Assembly: GCA_965222155.1 (NCBI GenBank)
Contig: CBDCTH010000004.1
Span: 384,001-448,000 of the forward strand
Origin: Gammaproteobacteria bacterium
Lineage (GTDB): Bacteria; Pseudomonadota; Gammaproteobacteria; Eutrophobiales; Eutrophobiaceae
Length of the DNA: 64,000 bases
Direction: 5' to 3'
Positions 30,480-41,464 of the stretch are shown in pieces (the first letter of the stretch is position 1; each line of letters opens with the position of its first letter). A model generated the notes under the pieces. That model saw only the letters and a program-made list of their open reading frames with translations. It did not search any database and was not told the origin of the DNA. Made by a program: the position numbers and the translations under genes.

Positions 30480-33400
30480 ATGCCAATTTCAATTGAGAAA
30501 TCACCGCAAGATGCGCCTGCAGCTCTCGACACCGGGTTCAGCTTCGCACCGCATTCTGATGGTTCATTCGATGAGAAAAATAACACGTTTATGGGCACAC
30601 TTAACGACTCGTCCGATGTAGACTGGATCGTAATTGATTTGCGAGCGGGGAAAGAGTACACAATCGGCGTGAAAGGCGATAAGGGTGGGGTGAATGACAC
30701 CATCCTGAAACTCCTCGATTCAAAGGGTGGCATTGTTGAAGATAATGACGACGTTGACGGCGCCAAGGGGGAGCTCAACTCGGAAGTGATGTTCACCCCG
30801 AAAGAGGACGCCAAATACTACATCAGCGTCAGCGCCTATACGGGTAACCCGCAAGCGAAAATGGACAATAAGGGCGCTTACACGGTTACGGTGACAGAGG
30901 AGGACGTAGGTCCTGCGGATATTCACGGTACTAAAACGCAGACAAACTCACCGGCACCGACGCAGGAGAGGAGATCGATGGGAAGGAAGGTAACGACGAA
31001 TTGAAGGGCGGAAGCGGTAACGACAACTTGATAGGCGGCGACGGTAATGACTTGCTCGTAGGCGGTTCGGGCGCCGATACGCTCAGTGGCGGCGCTGGCG
31101 ATGACACGATATCTTACGAGGATTCAATAAAGGGCGTTACCATAAACCTGCTCACCGACACGGCCAAGGGTGGCGACGCCGATGGAGATACGATTGTTGA
31201 TAAGAAGGGTGATCAGATCGAGAACGTTCAGGGTTCCATGTATGATGACCGGCTCACCGGTAATGATGTGGGCAACAAACTCTGGGGCTTGGGTGGCAAT
31301 GATGAACTGAACGGTGGCAGGGGCGCAGACACCTTGTCTGGCGGCCCCGGTGACGATGCTCTGGACGGTGGAGATGACAATGACACCCTGGAAGGCGGCG
31401 CCGGCGCGGACGAACTGACCGGCGGCAAGGGTGACAATACCGCATCCTACGCTAGTTCGGAGATGGGCGTGACGGTACGTCTTCATGCTTCCAAGGCCAT
31501 GGGCGGCGACGCCGAAGGCGATACCTTTGGCGGGATGGTAACTGTGAAGTATACGGATGAGGATGGCGATCCTCAAGGGGAAAACCTCCCTGATATAATT
31601 AAGCTTACAGGTTCTGCTCACGACGATATACTGGCGGGCGACTTCAGGGATAACGTAATCGAGGGCGGCGCCGGCAACGATAGGCTGTACGGCGGCCCGG
31701 GTGGTGGTGATGGCAAAGGTGACGACACTAACAAGGACACGCTGCATGGTCAGGCTGGCGACGATAAGCTGTACGGTGGTGCCGGCGATGACAAGCTGTA
31801 CGGTGGTGCCGGCAGTGACGTGCTCTGGGGCGGCCCGGGTGAAGACACCTACGAGGGCGGCGCTGGTGATGATACCATTCACGCCGATAAGGATGACGTG
31901 ATGATTGATGGTGATGGTGATGGTGATGATGAAGACGACGCAACTGAGAATGGTAAAAACGACACCGTATCTTATGCGAAGTTAGATGATGGAGTTACCA
32001 GGATCCTTGGAGGAACTGGGGACGGCGTAACGATTAGTAACGTTGAGAACATTATCGGGTCTCAGGGCGACGACAACCTGACCGGTGATGATAGAAATAA
32101 CGTCATTGAAGGTGGCGAGGGTGGTGATACTCTTATAGGTGGAGGAGGAGAGGACACCTTATCCTATGCCAGTTCGGATGACTGGGTCAGGGTATCGCTT
32201 GCCACTGAAACTGCCTCCAGGGGGCACGCTTCAGGTGATGAGTTCCAAAACTTCGCAAATATTACCGGGTCTGGTCACGATGACGACCTGACCGGCAACG
32301 ACGAAGACAATGTGCTTAAGGGCGGTGACGGTGATGATGATCTGGTTGGTAACGAGGGCGCTGATACGCTGGAAGGCGGTGCTGGAGCCGATGAGTTGGA
32401 CGGCGGTATTCCTAATGCTACTAGTCAAGAAGGCGCTGGCGAGGAGGCAGATCTCGACGATACCTTGTCCTATGCAAGTTCGAACGCTGGCGTCACGGTA
32501 CACCTGGCTGGTGCCAGGGTTTCCGGCGGTCATGCCACAGGTGATACTATTGCGACTGTTGAAACGGACCATGATAAGGACGCAAAGACAGACAAAATTG
32601 ACGTCTCTACCTTCGAGAACGCTACCGGATCTATGTATAATGACACATTAACAGGCGATTATATGGACAACAAGCTCACCGGCAACGCCGGTGATGATAC
32701 CCTCAAGGGCGGTGCCGGAGCGGATACGCTTAACGGCGGCCCCGGGGCGGACACGCTTGATGGTGGATCGTCGTTGGAGGAAGGTGGTGATACCCCTAAC
32801 AACGCAACTGATGATAAGCAACACGTGGATATCGCATCCTACGCCGGAGCAACGGCAGGCGTTACAGTGGACTTGAGCACCGGCAGAGGGACGGCGGGCG
32901 ACGCCAAAGGCGATACGCTTGACGATATTGAGAAAGTCATGGGATCTGCAAATGATGATACGTTCATTGCCAGTGCAGGGGCTGACGACATTGATGGCAG
33001 CGCCCACGATGGGGACGACGAGGGAGACGAAGGTGGTGACGGTGATACCGTATCCTATGAAGCATCAGGAGCAGGCGTTGCTGTGACTTTGATGGGTGAT
33101 AACAATGCCACTATCCCCTCCAAGATTGGTACTGGTGATGCTGCTGTCGAAAATGGCGCCGCTGGCGATGTGCTTTCCAATATCGAGAACCTTACCGGGT
33201 CTGCTCAAGGTGATTCTCTGACTGGAGACGGAAATGACAATACCCTCAAGGGCGGTGATGGCGGTGACACACTGATGGGCTTAGCTGGTAATGACATGCT
33301 GATGGGCGACGCCGGCGATGACACACTGAATGGCGGCGCCGGCGATGACACACTGAATGGCGGCGCCGGCGATGACACACTGAATGGCGGTGATGGCAAA

Positions 33401-33745
33401 AACACACTGAATGGCGGTGCCGGCGATGACGTACTGAATGGCAATGCCGGCGGCGTTGACACCTTCGTATTCAGCCCCGATGATGGGGATTGGGATGATG
33501 TCATTGTTGACTTCGATGAAGGAACCGATAAAATTGACCTGTCAGCTTTCAGAAACCTTAATGCTGATGCTCTGAAGGATCTCATAGAAGTACGAGGGAG
33601 CAGCGTCATAATCGATCTGACTGGTCTTGGCGGAGGGAAAATTGCAATACAAGATGATGGCGCTGGTAACGCTAGGGCTTTGGAGGGAGTTCTAGAAAGC
33701 ACCCTAACAGACGACAATTCGGCAAATGATGTTTTCATCCTCTGA
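30480..33745 (+). pseudogene. RTX Ca-binding repeat surface protein, copy 1 (PPC-like N-domain), split by a -1 frameshift near 30935
   Basis: GGxGxD nonapeptides; ORFs 30480-31004 and 31001-33745 join if one base is added at ACT-AAAA-CGCA, by comparison with copy 2. Confidence 0.85.
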
Positions 33746-33991
33746 TCAACCTGAGCATCAAAACCAGCTTCCTGATTTCACGGAAGTAAACGATCACAGG
33801 GGCGGTTTAGCCGGGTTTCCCGTTTAAATCAGCCCCTGTTTTATTAAAAGGGGTCGGTGACAAATGAGAACAAAGTGATCGGGGTCAGGTCGCACAATGC
33901 GCAGTGTTAAAACCCGATTGACAACGAGCCTCAGCCAAGCTACACTGCCTGAACGATTAACTGGAAGTTGTAAGAAAAGGAGGTACACCCG

Positions 33992-34252
33992 ATGATAAAT
34001 CAAGAAGCCCAACCGAATGGCAGCATGGAGGCCTTCGCCAGCGCCTTTTCCAACCTGGTAAAAGACGCCACCTCACACCTGGCCACCAAGGACGACCTCG
34101 CCAACATGGCCGCCAACATGGCCACCAAGGACGATATCAATAAACTTTCCGACAGGATAGACAAGGTAGAGCAAACGGTAGCGGAAGGCTACAAGCGCAT
34201 TTATAGCTGGAGAGACGAGATGTATAAGACGTTTGTCCGAAAAGCAGAGTAA
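33992..34252 (+). CDS. Small ATKDD-repeat coiled-coil protein
   Basis: Strong RBS aggagg; HLATKDDLANMAANMATKDDI; identical copy at 44842-45102. Confidence 0.75.
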   Translation: MINQEAQPNGSMEAFASAFSNLVKDATSHLATKDDLANMAANMATKDDINKLSDRIDKVEQTVAEGYKRIYSWRDEMYKTFVRKAE

Positions 34253-34641
34253 TCCAGGACACCCATAAATCAGATAGACGTATCTGTAGCCTTCGAGAGT
34301 CTGGTAGTGTCAAATTTGTTTCGCACTTTTTTCTCTGGGGTCGAGTAATTCAGGACAACCACAAATTAGATAGCCATACCCTGTAGCCTTCCAGGGTCGG
34401 ACCCGTATGACCCCATTATAAGAATGGATGCCGGGTCAAGCCCGGTATGGCGACGAAGGAGTCGCCCCCCTGTCGCCGTTCCGGCGAACGATGAGAATCT
34501 GTGATGATTTGTGATAAAACCCACAACCTCGGGGAAAAATGTGTGGACAGGTTCGATGCATACAATTATATTAAAGATAACTCAGAACCGGTAGATAACA
34601 GGCTCGCACTGACCACATAAGGAGACTAAGGAAAATACACC

Positions 34642-34905
34642 ATGTCAATGGAATTAATTGCAATCATAGGCGTCGGCGTCACGCTGGCCGGGCTTATCCT
34701 GAATGGTCAACACAACCTGCGGAATGAGATAGGCGGCTTGCGGGAAGAAATTAATGGCCTGCGGGAAGAAATTAATGGCTTGCGGGAAGAAATTAATGGC
34801 TTGCGGGAACGCATGGCACATCTGGAAGGATTGCTTGAGGGCCTGCGTGAGGCTATTACCGGTCGACGTGTGGCCGAAGACTCCGGACAATACGACCCAC
34901 GCTGA
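34642..34905 (+). CDS. Membrane-anchored coiled-coil protein (MSMELI family), 87 aa
   Basis: N-terminal TM helix, LREEING heptads, conserved ERMAHLEGLLEGLREAITGRRVAE tail. Confidence 0.75.
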   Translation: MSMELIAIIGVGVTLAGLILNGQHNLRNEIGGLREEINGLREEINGLREEINGLRERMAHLEGLLEGLREAITGRRVAEDSGQYDPR

Positions 34906-34983
34906 CCTGTCCCTTCCTGCTTCCGCAGGAATTACGAGTACGGGTTTCTGCATTATTATCGGGTAAATGGAGTAATTCAGGGA

Positions 34984-35260
34984 GCAAATCCAGGACACCC
35001 ACAAATCTAGCTTCCTGATTTCACGGAAGTAAACGATCACAGGGGCAGAGTAATCCAGGACACCCATAAATCAGATAGATGGATCAGAGTCAGAACCTGT
35101 TTCCCAGGACAGTAATCCAGGACACCCATAAATCACACTGCCTTCAAAAGGTAGTTGCCCACACTTCCTTAAACCAGAACACCCATAAATCCTGTCCATC
35201 CTGTTAATCCATGTGAGAGTAATCCAGGACACCCATAAATCACGCTGCCTTCAAAAGGTA
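34984..35260 (+). repeat. CRISPR-like mini-array: 24-bp repeat AGTAATCCAGGACACCCATAAATC with 26-41-nt spacers (continues after IS630 to ~36825)
   Basis: Repeats at 34984, 35049, 35111, 35168 and 35218; spacers of 41, 38, 33 and 26 nt; no cas genes in the window. Confidence 0.8.
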
Positions 35261-35273
35261 GTACTCTTTCAAT

Positions 35274-36398
35274 TTAATTCTGACCGGTTAAATTGTCGTA
35301 TGCCCTGTGCAGTTTGGTCCGAGCCTTATCGACATCAAACAGCCAGTTGATGCTTGCTTTCTCCTGGTTGCGTTGGGTCTCCCAGGCCGCCAGTTCCGAT
35401 TGCAACAAGCCCATGCTGTCTATGCGACGGTCCAAACATTGCTGGTTCATGTTGCCAATCTCAATCTCCACCCTGTTCAACCAACTGGCGTGCTTGGGCG
35501 TATAATGAAACGCCAGCTTGCGCAATAACCGCCGCGCCGCTGGCGCCGGGAATGCCCGGTACAAGGCGGCCGGCTGGTGGGTGCTGTAGTTATCCAGCAC
35601 CACCCGTATGCGCTCGGCCTCCGGGTAATGCTCATCCACCAGTTCACGCATCAACTCGGCAAAGTCGCCCGCTTTCTTGGTCTTAGTCGCCTTGGCATGG
35701 CGCCAGCCACGATGCTGGTCAAAACACACAAAGATAGTCGCCACCCCCTTGCGCTCGTATTCATAATCTATCTTATTCACTTGGCCGGGCGCCATCGGCC
35801 TGCCCGCCTGCACCTCCCCCACCAATTGTTTCGTTGCCTCGTCCACGTTCACCAGCGGCCTCTCAGGACAGGACGGCTCAGCATACACATCCAGAATGTG
35901 CTCCATCTGCGCACTAGACGCCGCATCCATCTGCCCCAAACACCACATCTTCTGTTGCCAGGGTTTTAACTGATTCGCCTTCAAACGCTGCCGGATGCTC
36001 TCCAGGGATACCGCCTCCATATCCGTCAGCGCCACCCAGCGCGCCGCCAACAACGATAACGTCCACCGGCACCGGCCCGGTGGCGGGGCGCTGCACGCAA
36101 TCGATACCAGCAATGCATCCTCATGCGCCCCCGTCTTGCGCGGCCGACCGGGGCGTGCCCCTTCCGACAGCGCCGCCTCCAATCCATACTCCACAAACTC
36201 CCGCTTCACCCGATACACCGTCGAGCTGCTCACCCCCAACGCCTCGACGATCTCCTCCTCACGCCGTACACCACCGTCCGCCAACAACAATATCTGCGCC
36301 CGCTTCAACGCCCGTACCCGTTGCCTCCCTTGGGATGTAAATGCCTCCAAATACCCCCGCTCCTCAGCCGTCAGTTCCACCCTGTACCGAATATGCAT
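35274..36398 (-). CDS. IS630 transposase
   Basis: N-terminal HTH; DDE motifs NVDE, VLDNYSTH, HYTPKHASWLNRVE. Confidence 0.92.
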   Translation of the reverse strand: MHIRYRVELTAEERGYLEAFTSQGRQRVRALKRAQILLLADGGVRREEEIVEALGVSSSTVYRVKREFVEYGLEAALSEGARPGRPRKTGAHEDALLVSIACSAPPPGRCRWTLSLLAARWVALTDMEAVSLESIRQRLKANQLKPWQQKMWCLGQMDAASSAQMEHILDVYAEPSCPERPLVNVDEATKQLVGEVQAGRPMAPGQVNKIDYEYERKGVATIFVCFDQHRGWRHAKATKTKKAGDFAELMRELVDEHYPEAERIRVVLDNYSTHQPAALYRAFPAPAARRLLRKLAFHYTPKHASWLNRVEIEIGNMNQQCLDRRIDSMGLLQSELAAWETQRNQEKASINWLFDVDKARTKLHRAYDNLTGQN

Positions 36399-36449
36399 GA
36401 CCTTGACCCTCATAGGATAAAAGCGATAATAGATCATAAAATATCCGAT

Positions 36450-36713
36450 ATGTCGATCCCTGACGCTCCAATACCGCAACCCGGCTACACCTATCTGCAA
36501 GGCCAGTACCTCGCCTTTATTTACTACTACACCAAAATCAACGGCAGAGCGCCCGCACACGCCGATTTACAACGCTACTTCCAGGTCTCGCCTCCTTCCG
36601 TCCATCGCATGTTGACCCATTTGCAGGAGCAAGGATTCATTGACAAACAACCGGGGATGACTCGTAGCCTGGCACTGGCTATACCCGTTGAACAACTGCC
36701 ACGGCTTGATTAA
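36450..36713 (+). CDS. LexA-type winged-helix regulator carried by IS630
   Basis: TYLQGQYLAFI...RAPAHADLQRYFQVSPPSVHRML...GFI; lies inside the IRs. Confidence 0.75.
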   Translation: MSIPDAPIPQPGYTYLQGQYLAFIYYYTKINGRAPAHADLQRYFQVSPPSVHRMLTHLQEQGFIDKQPGMTRSLALAIPVEQLPRLD

Positions 36714-37409
36714 TGTTGACCCGTCAACTGATCAAAATTAAATGGAAAGAGTACTAGTTGCCCACACTTCCTTAAACCAGGACACCCATAAATCCTGTCC
36801 ATCCTGTTAATCCATGTGAATTCAACGTAAACAGCACAAAAGGGGTCGGTGACAAATGTAAATAATTCTCATTTGTCACCGACCCCTTTTATTGCTTTTA
36901 TTCTGTACCTTTGTATTACACCATTCCAGAACCTGCCCCGGAGACGTTGTTGTTCCAGGGGCGTGCTTCAGCGACACGAAATCAGACTGGGTTCCGGCTT
37001 AAGCCGGGCATGACACCCCACGTCGTACCGGACAGTGCAAATAGAAGACAGACCGCATTTTCTCTCCTCTGTGACAACCCGTCCCTTCTACCAGCCGGAT
37101 ACAGGGCAACCGCATACTTTTGGATTCTGTTGCAGAAGACAGGAAACCAACCGGAAAACACCGCCCGTCATGCTGGCGAATGCCAGCATCCAGTCAAACA
37201 ACAGCGCATGCTCAGGGTAATGAAGGGTTATTCACTGGATTCTGGCCTGCGCCAGAATGACGGAATCGGGCAAAAACATCTGAATTCAAAAGTATGCGTT
37301 TGCCCTGCAGCCGGATATTGGTTTTACCGGAATCGGGTTTGATCTATATAATAATCGTGCTATTGTGCATCAATAGTATGATTTTCTACTTTATCTGCTG
37401 CAGACTGAC

Positions 37410-37667
37410 ATGACGACCATTCGAAAGACGATTACCTTGACGGAAAATCAGGACGAGTGGGTCAAAGCGCAGACTGCCAATGGCGAATTCACCGATGACA
37501 GTGAATACATCCAGGCTCTTGTGCATCGTGACCAGAAGCAAAACATCAAGTTTCGAGCACTTAAAGTGGCTATTCAGGAGGGTTTGGATAGTGGTGTGAG
37601 TGACAAGACAGTGAATGAGATCATGGAGGAAGTCGATGGCCGGCATGGAGCCGATGGCAGCTTATAG
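37410..37667 (+). CDS. parD: ParD-like RHH antitoxin
   Basis: RKTITLT..QDEWVKAQ..GEF...SEYI, ALKVAIQEGLDSG. Confidence 0.85.
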   Translation: MTTIRKTITLTENQDEWVKAQTANGEFTDDSEYIQALVHRDQKQNIKFRALKVAIQEGLDSGVSDKTVNEIMEEVDGRHGADGSL

Positions 37668-37956
37668 CTTATCGTTAAAAGCAGCTGCTGATCTTGATGG
37701 AATTTATGAATACACGCTCCTGAATTTCGGGCAGACACAGGCACGAAAGTACCTGATGGGCCTTCATGAATGCTTTGAGAGGCTTGCCGATAACCCGTAC
37801 TATGGCCGCAGTGTGGTAGAGCTTGCATCAAACTTAAGGCGCTTGGAGTATCAATCACACGTAGTGTTCTACAGACCGAGAGAACAAGGAGTGCTGATCG
37901 TGCGTGTGCTGCATGAGAGCATGAATACAGCAACACATTTCCAGGAAAAAATCTAA
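37654..37956 (+). CDS. parE: ParE/RelE toxin
   Basis: YSLSLKAAADLDGIYEYT..FG..QA..Y, SHVVFY, IVRVLHESM. Confidence 0.87.
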   Translation: MAAYSLSLKAAADLDGIYEYTLLNFGQTQARKYLMGLHECFERLADNPYYGRSVVELASNLRRLEYQSHVVFYRPREQGVLIVRVLHESMNTATHFQEKI

Positions 37957-38230
37957 TTCGTGAAAAAGGGAGACAGGCCAGCCCGGTCTCAGCATAGGAC
38001 TGGAAAGTAATCCAGGACACCCACAAATCACACTACCTTCAAAAAGTAGTTTCCAACACTTCCTTAAACCAGGACACCCATAAATCCTGTCCATCCTGTT
38101 AATCCATGTGAATTCAAAGCAGTAATCTAGGACACCCACAAATCATGCTGGGTAATGTCAATATTTACTTTATCAATGGATAACCTGCGGTGATTTGTGA
38201 TAAAACCCACAAGCGCCGGGAAAAAATGTG

Positions 38231-39613
38231 TGTTGTCAACAAATAGATTTGTCCGCTTCTGTAACAAATGAATTGTCCGCTTTTGTCTTCACACTGACAT
38301 CCTCCAGAAAGACAGAGTCCGACAAGGATCGTCCAGTGCCGACTGTGCGGCGGACATTACGCAGCAGTCGGTAGTTCATCGGCTATGAGCTGTCCTTGCG
38401 CATCGTATCGTGCCAAGCGCCGGGGGCCATGAAATACACTCACCGTCCCATCCCTATGACGAGCGACCTTCACCTTGGCCTTGATGTAGTGATACCGATG
38501 CCGGTCGGCCGGAAGCTGTAATACCAGGCCGTCTACACGCACGCAGTTGTCCTTGCTCACGGTTCGCGCAACATGCTCACACAGGCTGTCATCCAGTACC
38601 ACTGACTGTGGGCAGGGCACGAAGGCCGAGCCGTCCTCCCGCGCCGGGTGGGTAAACTCGGCATTAAACGCCGGCAGGTAGACGTCCCGCAGATACGCAT
38701 TGGCGGCGTCCATCGTGGTAATACCGGCCGCGGCCAATTCCTGCGGCAAACGTCCCTGGTGCGTGCCAAACGCCCGCTCCGAGCGCCCCCGGGCCGCCGG
38801 GGAATACGCCGGTATCATCTCAATACCCAACTGCGTCATGGCTCGTCCGAACTGTGTCAGATTGCCCTTGTCTACCTTGCCCCCGGCCTCCGGCGTCGTC
38901 CAGTAATGACTGCCCCGGTCGGTGTATAACGAGCAAAACAAGCCCCTCGCCTCAATCACGTCTTTCACGCCCTGAAAACTGCTCTGTGTGCCTTCCTCCG
39001 CACAAAAGAACATCGAGTAATGCTCATTCGTGGCATCATCCATCGTCACAATCAAATCCCAGTGCTGCGCCGGTACCCACTCGTGCGTGCTGCCATCCTG
39101 GTGCAGCAGCATCCCCGGCCAGGCCGCCGGCTCGCGCCGTTTCCGATGCGCCCCGCGTTTGGCCGCTTTCTTCACCACCCCGCCAGCCTGCAACGTATTC
39201 TTCACCCAACTGTAACTGCGCCCACCCCCGTCCCGCCGATACCACGAATAGTAATGCGTCACGTTCCAACCGTCGTGTCGCCGTCGATACCGGTCTACCA
39301 ACCGCATGACCTCGTCCACCGGCGCCCGCCGGTGTGATACCTGACTCAGGCGCTTGTCCAGTAACCCGTCCAACCCGGCGTCTTCATACCGGTCGATGTA
39401 ACGTCGGAAGGTCCGGGCACACACGCCCAGTAACTGTGCCGCGTCCTCCTGGGTTAATCGCCGCGCTGTCCAACCCCTATAGGCTTCTTCAAATCTCATC
39501 AGTTTTGTCTCCTGTAACCAGTTTGTCCGCGTCATCATGCCTCCCAAAAGCTAACATGATAAAACCGGACAGATTATGTGTTACAGATGCGGACAGTTTA
39601 TTTGTTCTCAACA
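38231..39613. mobile_element. IS1202-like (ISNCY) insertion sequence
   Basis: Terminal IRs TGTTGTCAACAAATAGATTTGTCCGC / TGTTGAGAACAAATAAACTGTCCGC; imperfect 16-bp direct repeat (gccgggaaaaaatgtg / tccaggaaaaaatgtg). Confidence 0.85.
38357..39547 (-). CDS. DDE transposase (rve-type)
   Basis: HQDGSTHEW, MDDAT, LYTDRGS, AYSPAARGRSER. Confidence 0.9.
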   Translation of the reverse strand: MGGMMTRTNWLQETKLMRFEEAYRGWTARRLTQEDAAQLLGVCARTFRRYIDRYEDAGLDGLLDKRLSQVSHRRAPVDEVMRLVDRYRRRHDGWNVTHYYSWYRRDGGGRSYSWVKNTLQAGGVVKKAAKRGAHRKRREPAAWPGMLLHQDGSTHEWVPAQHWDLIVTMDDATNEHYSMFFCAEEGTQSSFQGVKDVIEARGLFCSLYTDRGSHYWTTPEAGGKVDKGNLTQFGRAMTQLGIEMIPAYSPAARGRSERAFGTHQGRLPQELAAAGITTMDAANAYLRDVYLPAFNAEFTHPAREDGSAFVPCPQSVVLDDSLCEHVARTVSKDNCVRVDGLVLQLPADRHRYHYIKAKVKVARHRDGTVSVFHGPRRLARYDAQGQLIADELPTAA

Positions 39614-39727
39614 TCCAGGAAAAAATGTGTGGACAGGTTCAACGCATAGAATTATATTAAAGATAACTCAGAACCGGTAGATAACGGGCACGCGCTGACT
39701 ACACAAGGAGACTAAGGAAAATACATC

Positions 39728-40024
39728 ATGTCAATGGAATTAATTGCCTTAATCGGTATCGGCGTGACGGTAATCAGTATCGGCGTTGCGCTGGCCGCTC
39801 TTATCCTGAATACTCAACGTAACCTGCGGTCTGATATGCAGGCTCAGCGGGAGGAGACGCGGGCAGAATTCAAGGCCGTGAGGGTGGAGATGCAGGCCCA
39901 GCGGGAAGTAATAATCAGTTTACTGGAACGCATGGCACACCTGGAAGGATTGCTTGAGGGTCTGCGAGAAGCGATCACAGGCCGACGCGTGGCTGAGGAT
40001 GCGGGGAAATACGATCCGCGCTGA
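39728..40024 (+). CDS. MSMELI-family TM coiled-coil protein, 98 aa
   Basis: Paralog with conserved upstream region and C-terminus. Confidence 0.75.
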   Translation: MSMELIALIGIGVTVISIGVALAALILNTQRNLRSDMQAQREETRAEFKAVRVEMQAQREVIISLLERMAHLEGLLEGLREAITGRRVAEDAGKYDPR

Positions 40025-40373
40025 ACACCGGCGCCAACCTCTCGCACATTGTCCAGAGTAATCCGGGACACCCATAAATCACACTGCCTTCAAAAGGTAG
40101 TTGCCCAAGAGTAATCCAGGACACCCATGAATCCTGTCCATCCTGTTAATCCATGTGAATTCAAGAGTAATCCAGGACACCCACAAATCATGATGGGTAG
40201 TGTCAATATTTTCGTTATAAATGGATAACCTGCGGCGATTTGTGATAAAACCCACAAGCGCCGGGGAAAAATGTGTGGACAGGTTCAAAGCGCACAATTA
40301 TATTAAAGATAACTCAGAACCGGTAGATAACGGGCTCGCGCTGACTACATAAGGAGGCTAGGGAAAATACATC

Positions 40374-40649
40374 ATGTCAATGGAATTAATTGCCTTAATC
40401 GGTATCGGCGTGACGGTAATCAGTATCGGCGTTGCGCTGGCCACTCTTATTCTGAATACTCAACGTAACCTGCGGGCTGATGTGCGAGCCCAGCGGGAGG
40501 AGACGCGGGCAGAATTCAAGACCCAGCGGGAAGCAATAATCAGTTTACTGGAACGCATGGCACACCTGGAAGGATTGCTTGAGGGTCTGCGAGAAGCGAT
40601 CACAGGCCGACGCGTGGCTGAAGATGCGGGGAAATACGATCCGCGCTGA
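40374..40649 (+). CDS. MSMELI-family TM coiled-coil protein, 91 aa
   Basis: Paralog with conserved upstream region and C-terminus. Confidence 0.75.
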   Translation: MSMELIALIGIGVTVISIGVALATLILNTQRNLRADVRAQREETRAEFKTQREAIISLLERMAHLEGLLEGLREAITGRRVAEDAGKYDPR

Positions 40650-41134
40650 ACACCGGCACCAACCTCTCGCACATTATCCAGAGTAATCCAGGACACCCAT
40701 AAATTATGCTACCTTCAAAAGGTAGTTTCCAACACTTCCTTAAACCAGGACACCCATAAATCCTGTTAATCCATGTGAATTCAACGTAAACAGGAGACAG
40801 CCCCCTTTTCTTTGAGTTGTATCAGAGTCTTGTGTGCTTTCCCACAGTAATCCAGGAAGTAATCCAGGACACCCATAAATCAGATAGATGGATCAGAGTC
40901 AGAACCTGTTTCCCAGGACGATTTGACACTACCCAGCGCCTGCATGCCGTTGAACAGGAGATGAAATTATTTACGTTTTCAATGGATAACCTGCGGCGAT
41001 TTGTGATAAAACCCACAAGCGCCGGGGAAAAATATGTGGACAGGTTCAACGCATACAATTATATTAAAGATAACTCAGAACCGGTAGATAACGGGCTCGT
41101 GATGACTACACAAGGAGACTAAGGAAAATATATC

Positions 41135-41464
41135 ATGTCAATGGAATTAATTGCCTTAATCGGTATCGGCGTGACGGTAATCAGTATCGGCGTTGCGCTG
41201 GCCGCTCTTATCCTGAATACTCAACGCAACCTGCGGGCGGAGATGCAGGCTCAGCGGGAAGAAACGAAGACAGAATTCAAGGCCCAGCGGGACGAGACGC
41301 GGGCAGAATTCAAGGCCGTGAGGGTGGAGATGCAGGCCCAGCGGGAAGTAATAATCAGTTTACTGGAACGCATGGCACACCTGGAAGGATTGCTTGAGGG
41401 TCTGCGAGAAGCGATCACAGGCCGACGCGTGGCTGAAGATGCGGGGAAATACGATCCGCGCTGA
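41135..41464 (+). CDS. MSMELI-family TM coiled-coil protein, 109 aa
   Basis: Paralog with conserved upstream region and C-terminus. Confidence 0.75.
   Translation: MSMELIALIGIGVTVISIGVALAALILNTQRNLRAEMQAQREETKTEFKAQRDETRAEFKAVRVEMQAQREVIISLLERMAHLEGLLEGLREAITGRRVAEDAGKYDPR

Larger units (their letters stand above)
30420..34304. repeat. Left arm of a large inverted duplication (partner 44790-48992)
   Basis: RTX gene, 60-bp upstream region, downstream spacer, MINQEAQ gene and terminal repeat are mirrored on the other strand. Confidence 0.9.
35261..36754. mobile_element. IS630-family element with TA duplication
   Basis: IRs gtactctttcaatttaattctgaccggtt / revcomp gtactctttccatttaattttgatcagtt; the empty site aaaaggTAgttgccc is seen at 35146-35160. 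Confidence 0.92.

Noticed and set aside
31124-33738. Ser/Pro-rich antisense ORFs over the RTX genes (also 45697-48960)
   Set aside because: Shadow frames of the Gly/Asp-rich RTX coding strand.
34984-35260. Canonical CRISPR-Cas locus
   Set aside because: Irregular spacer lengths, degenerate repeats, spacers reused in other clusters, same motif dispersed across the window, no cas genes; reported as CRISPR-like only.
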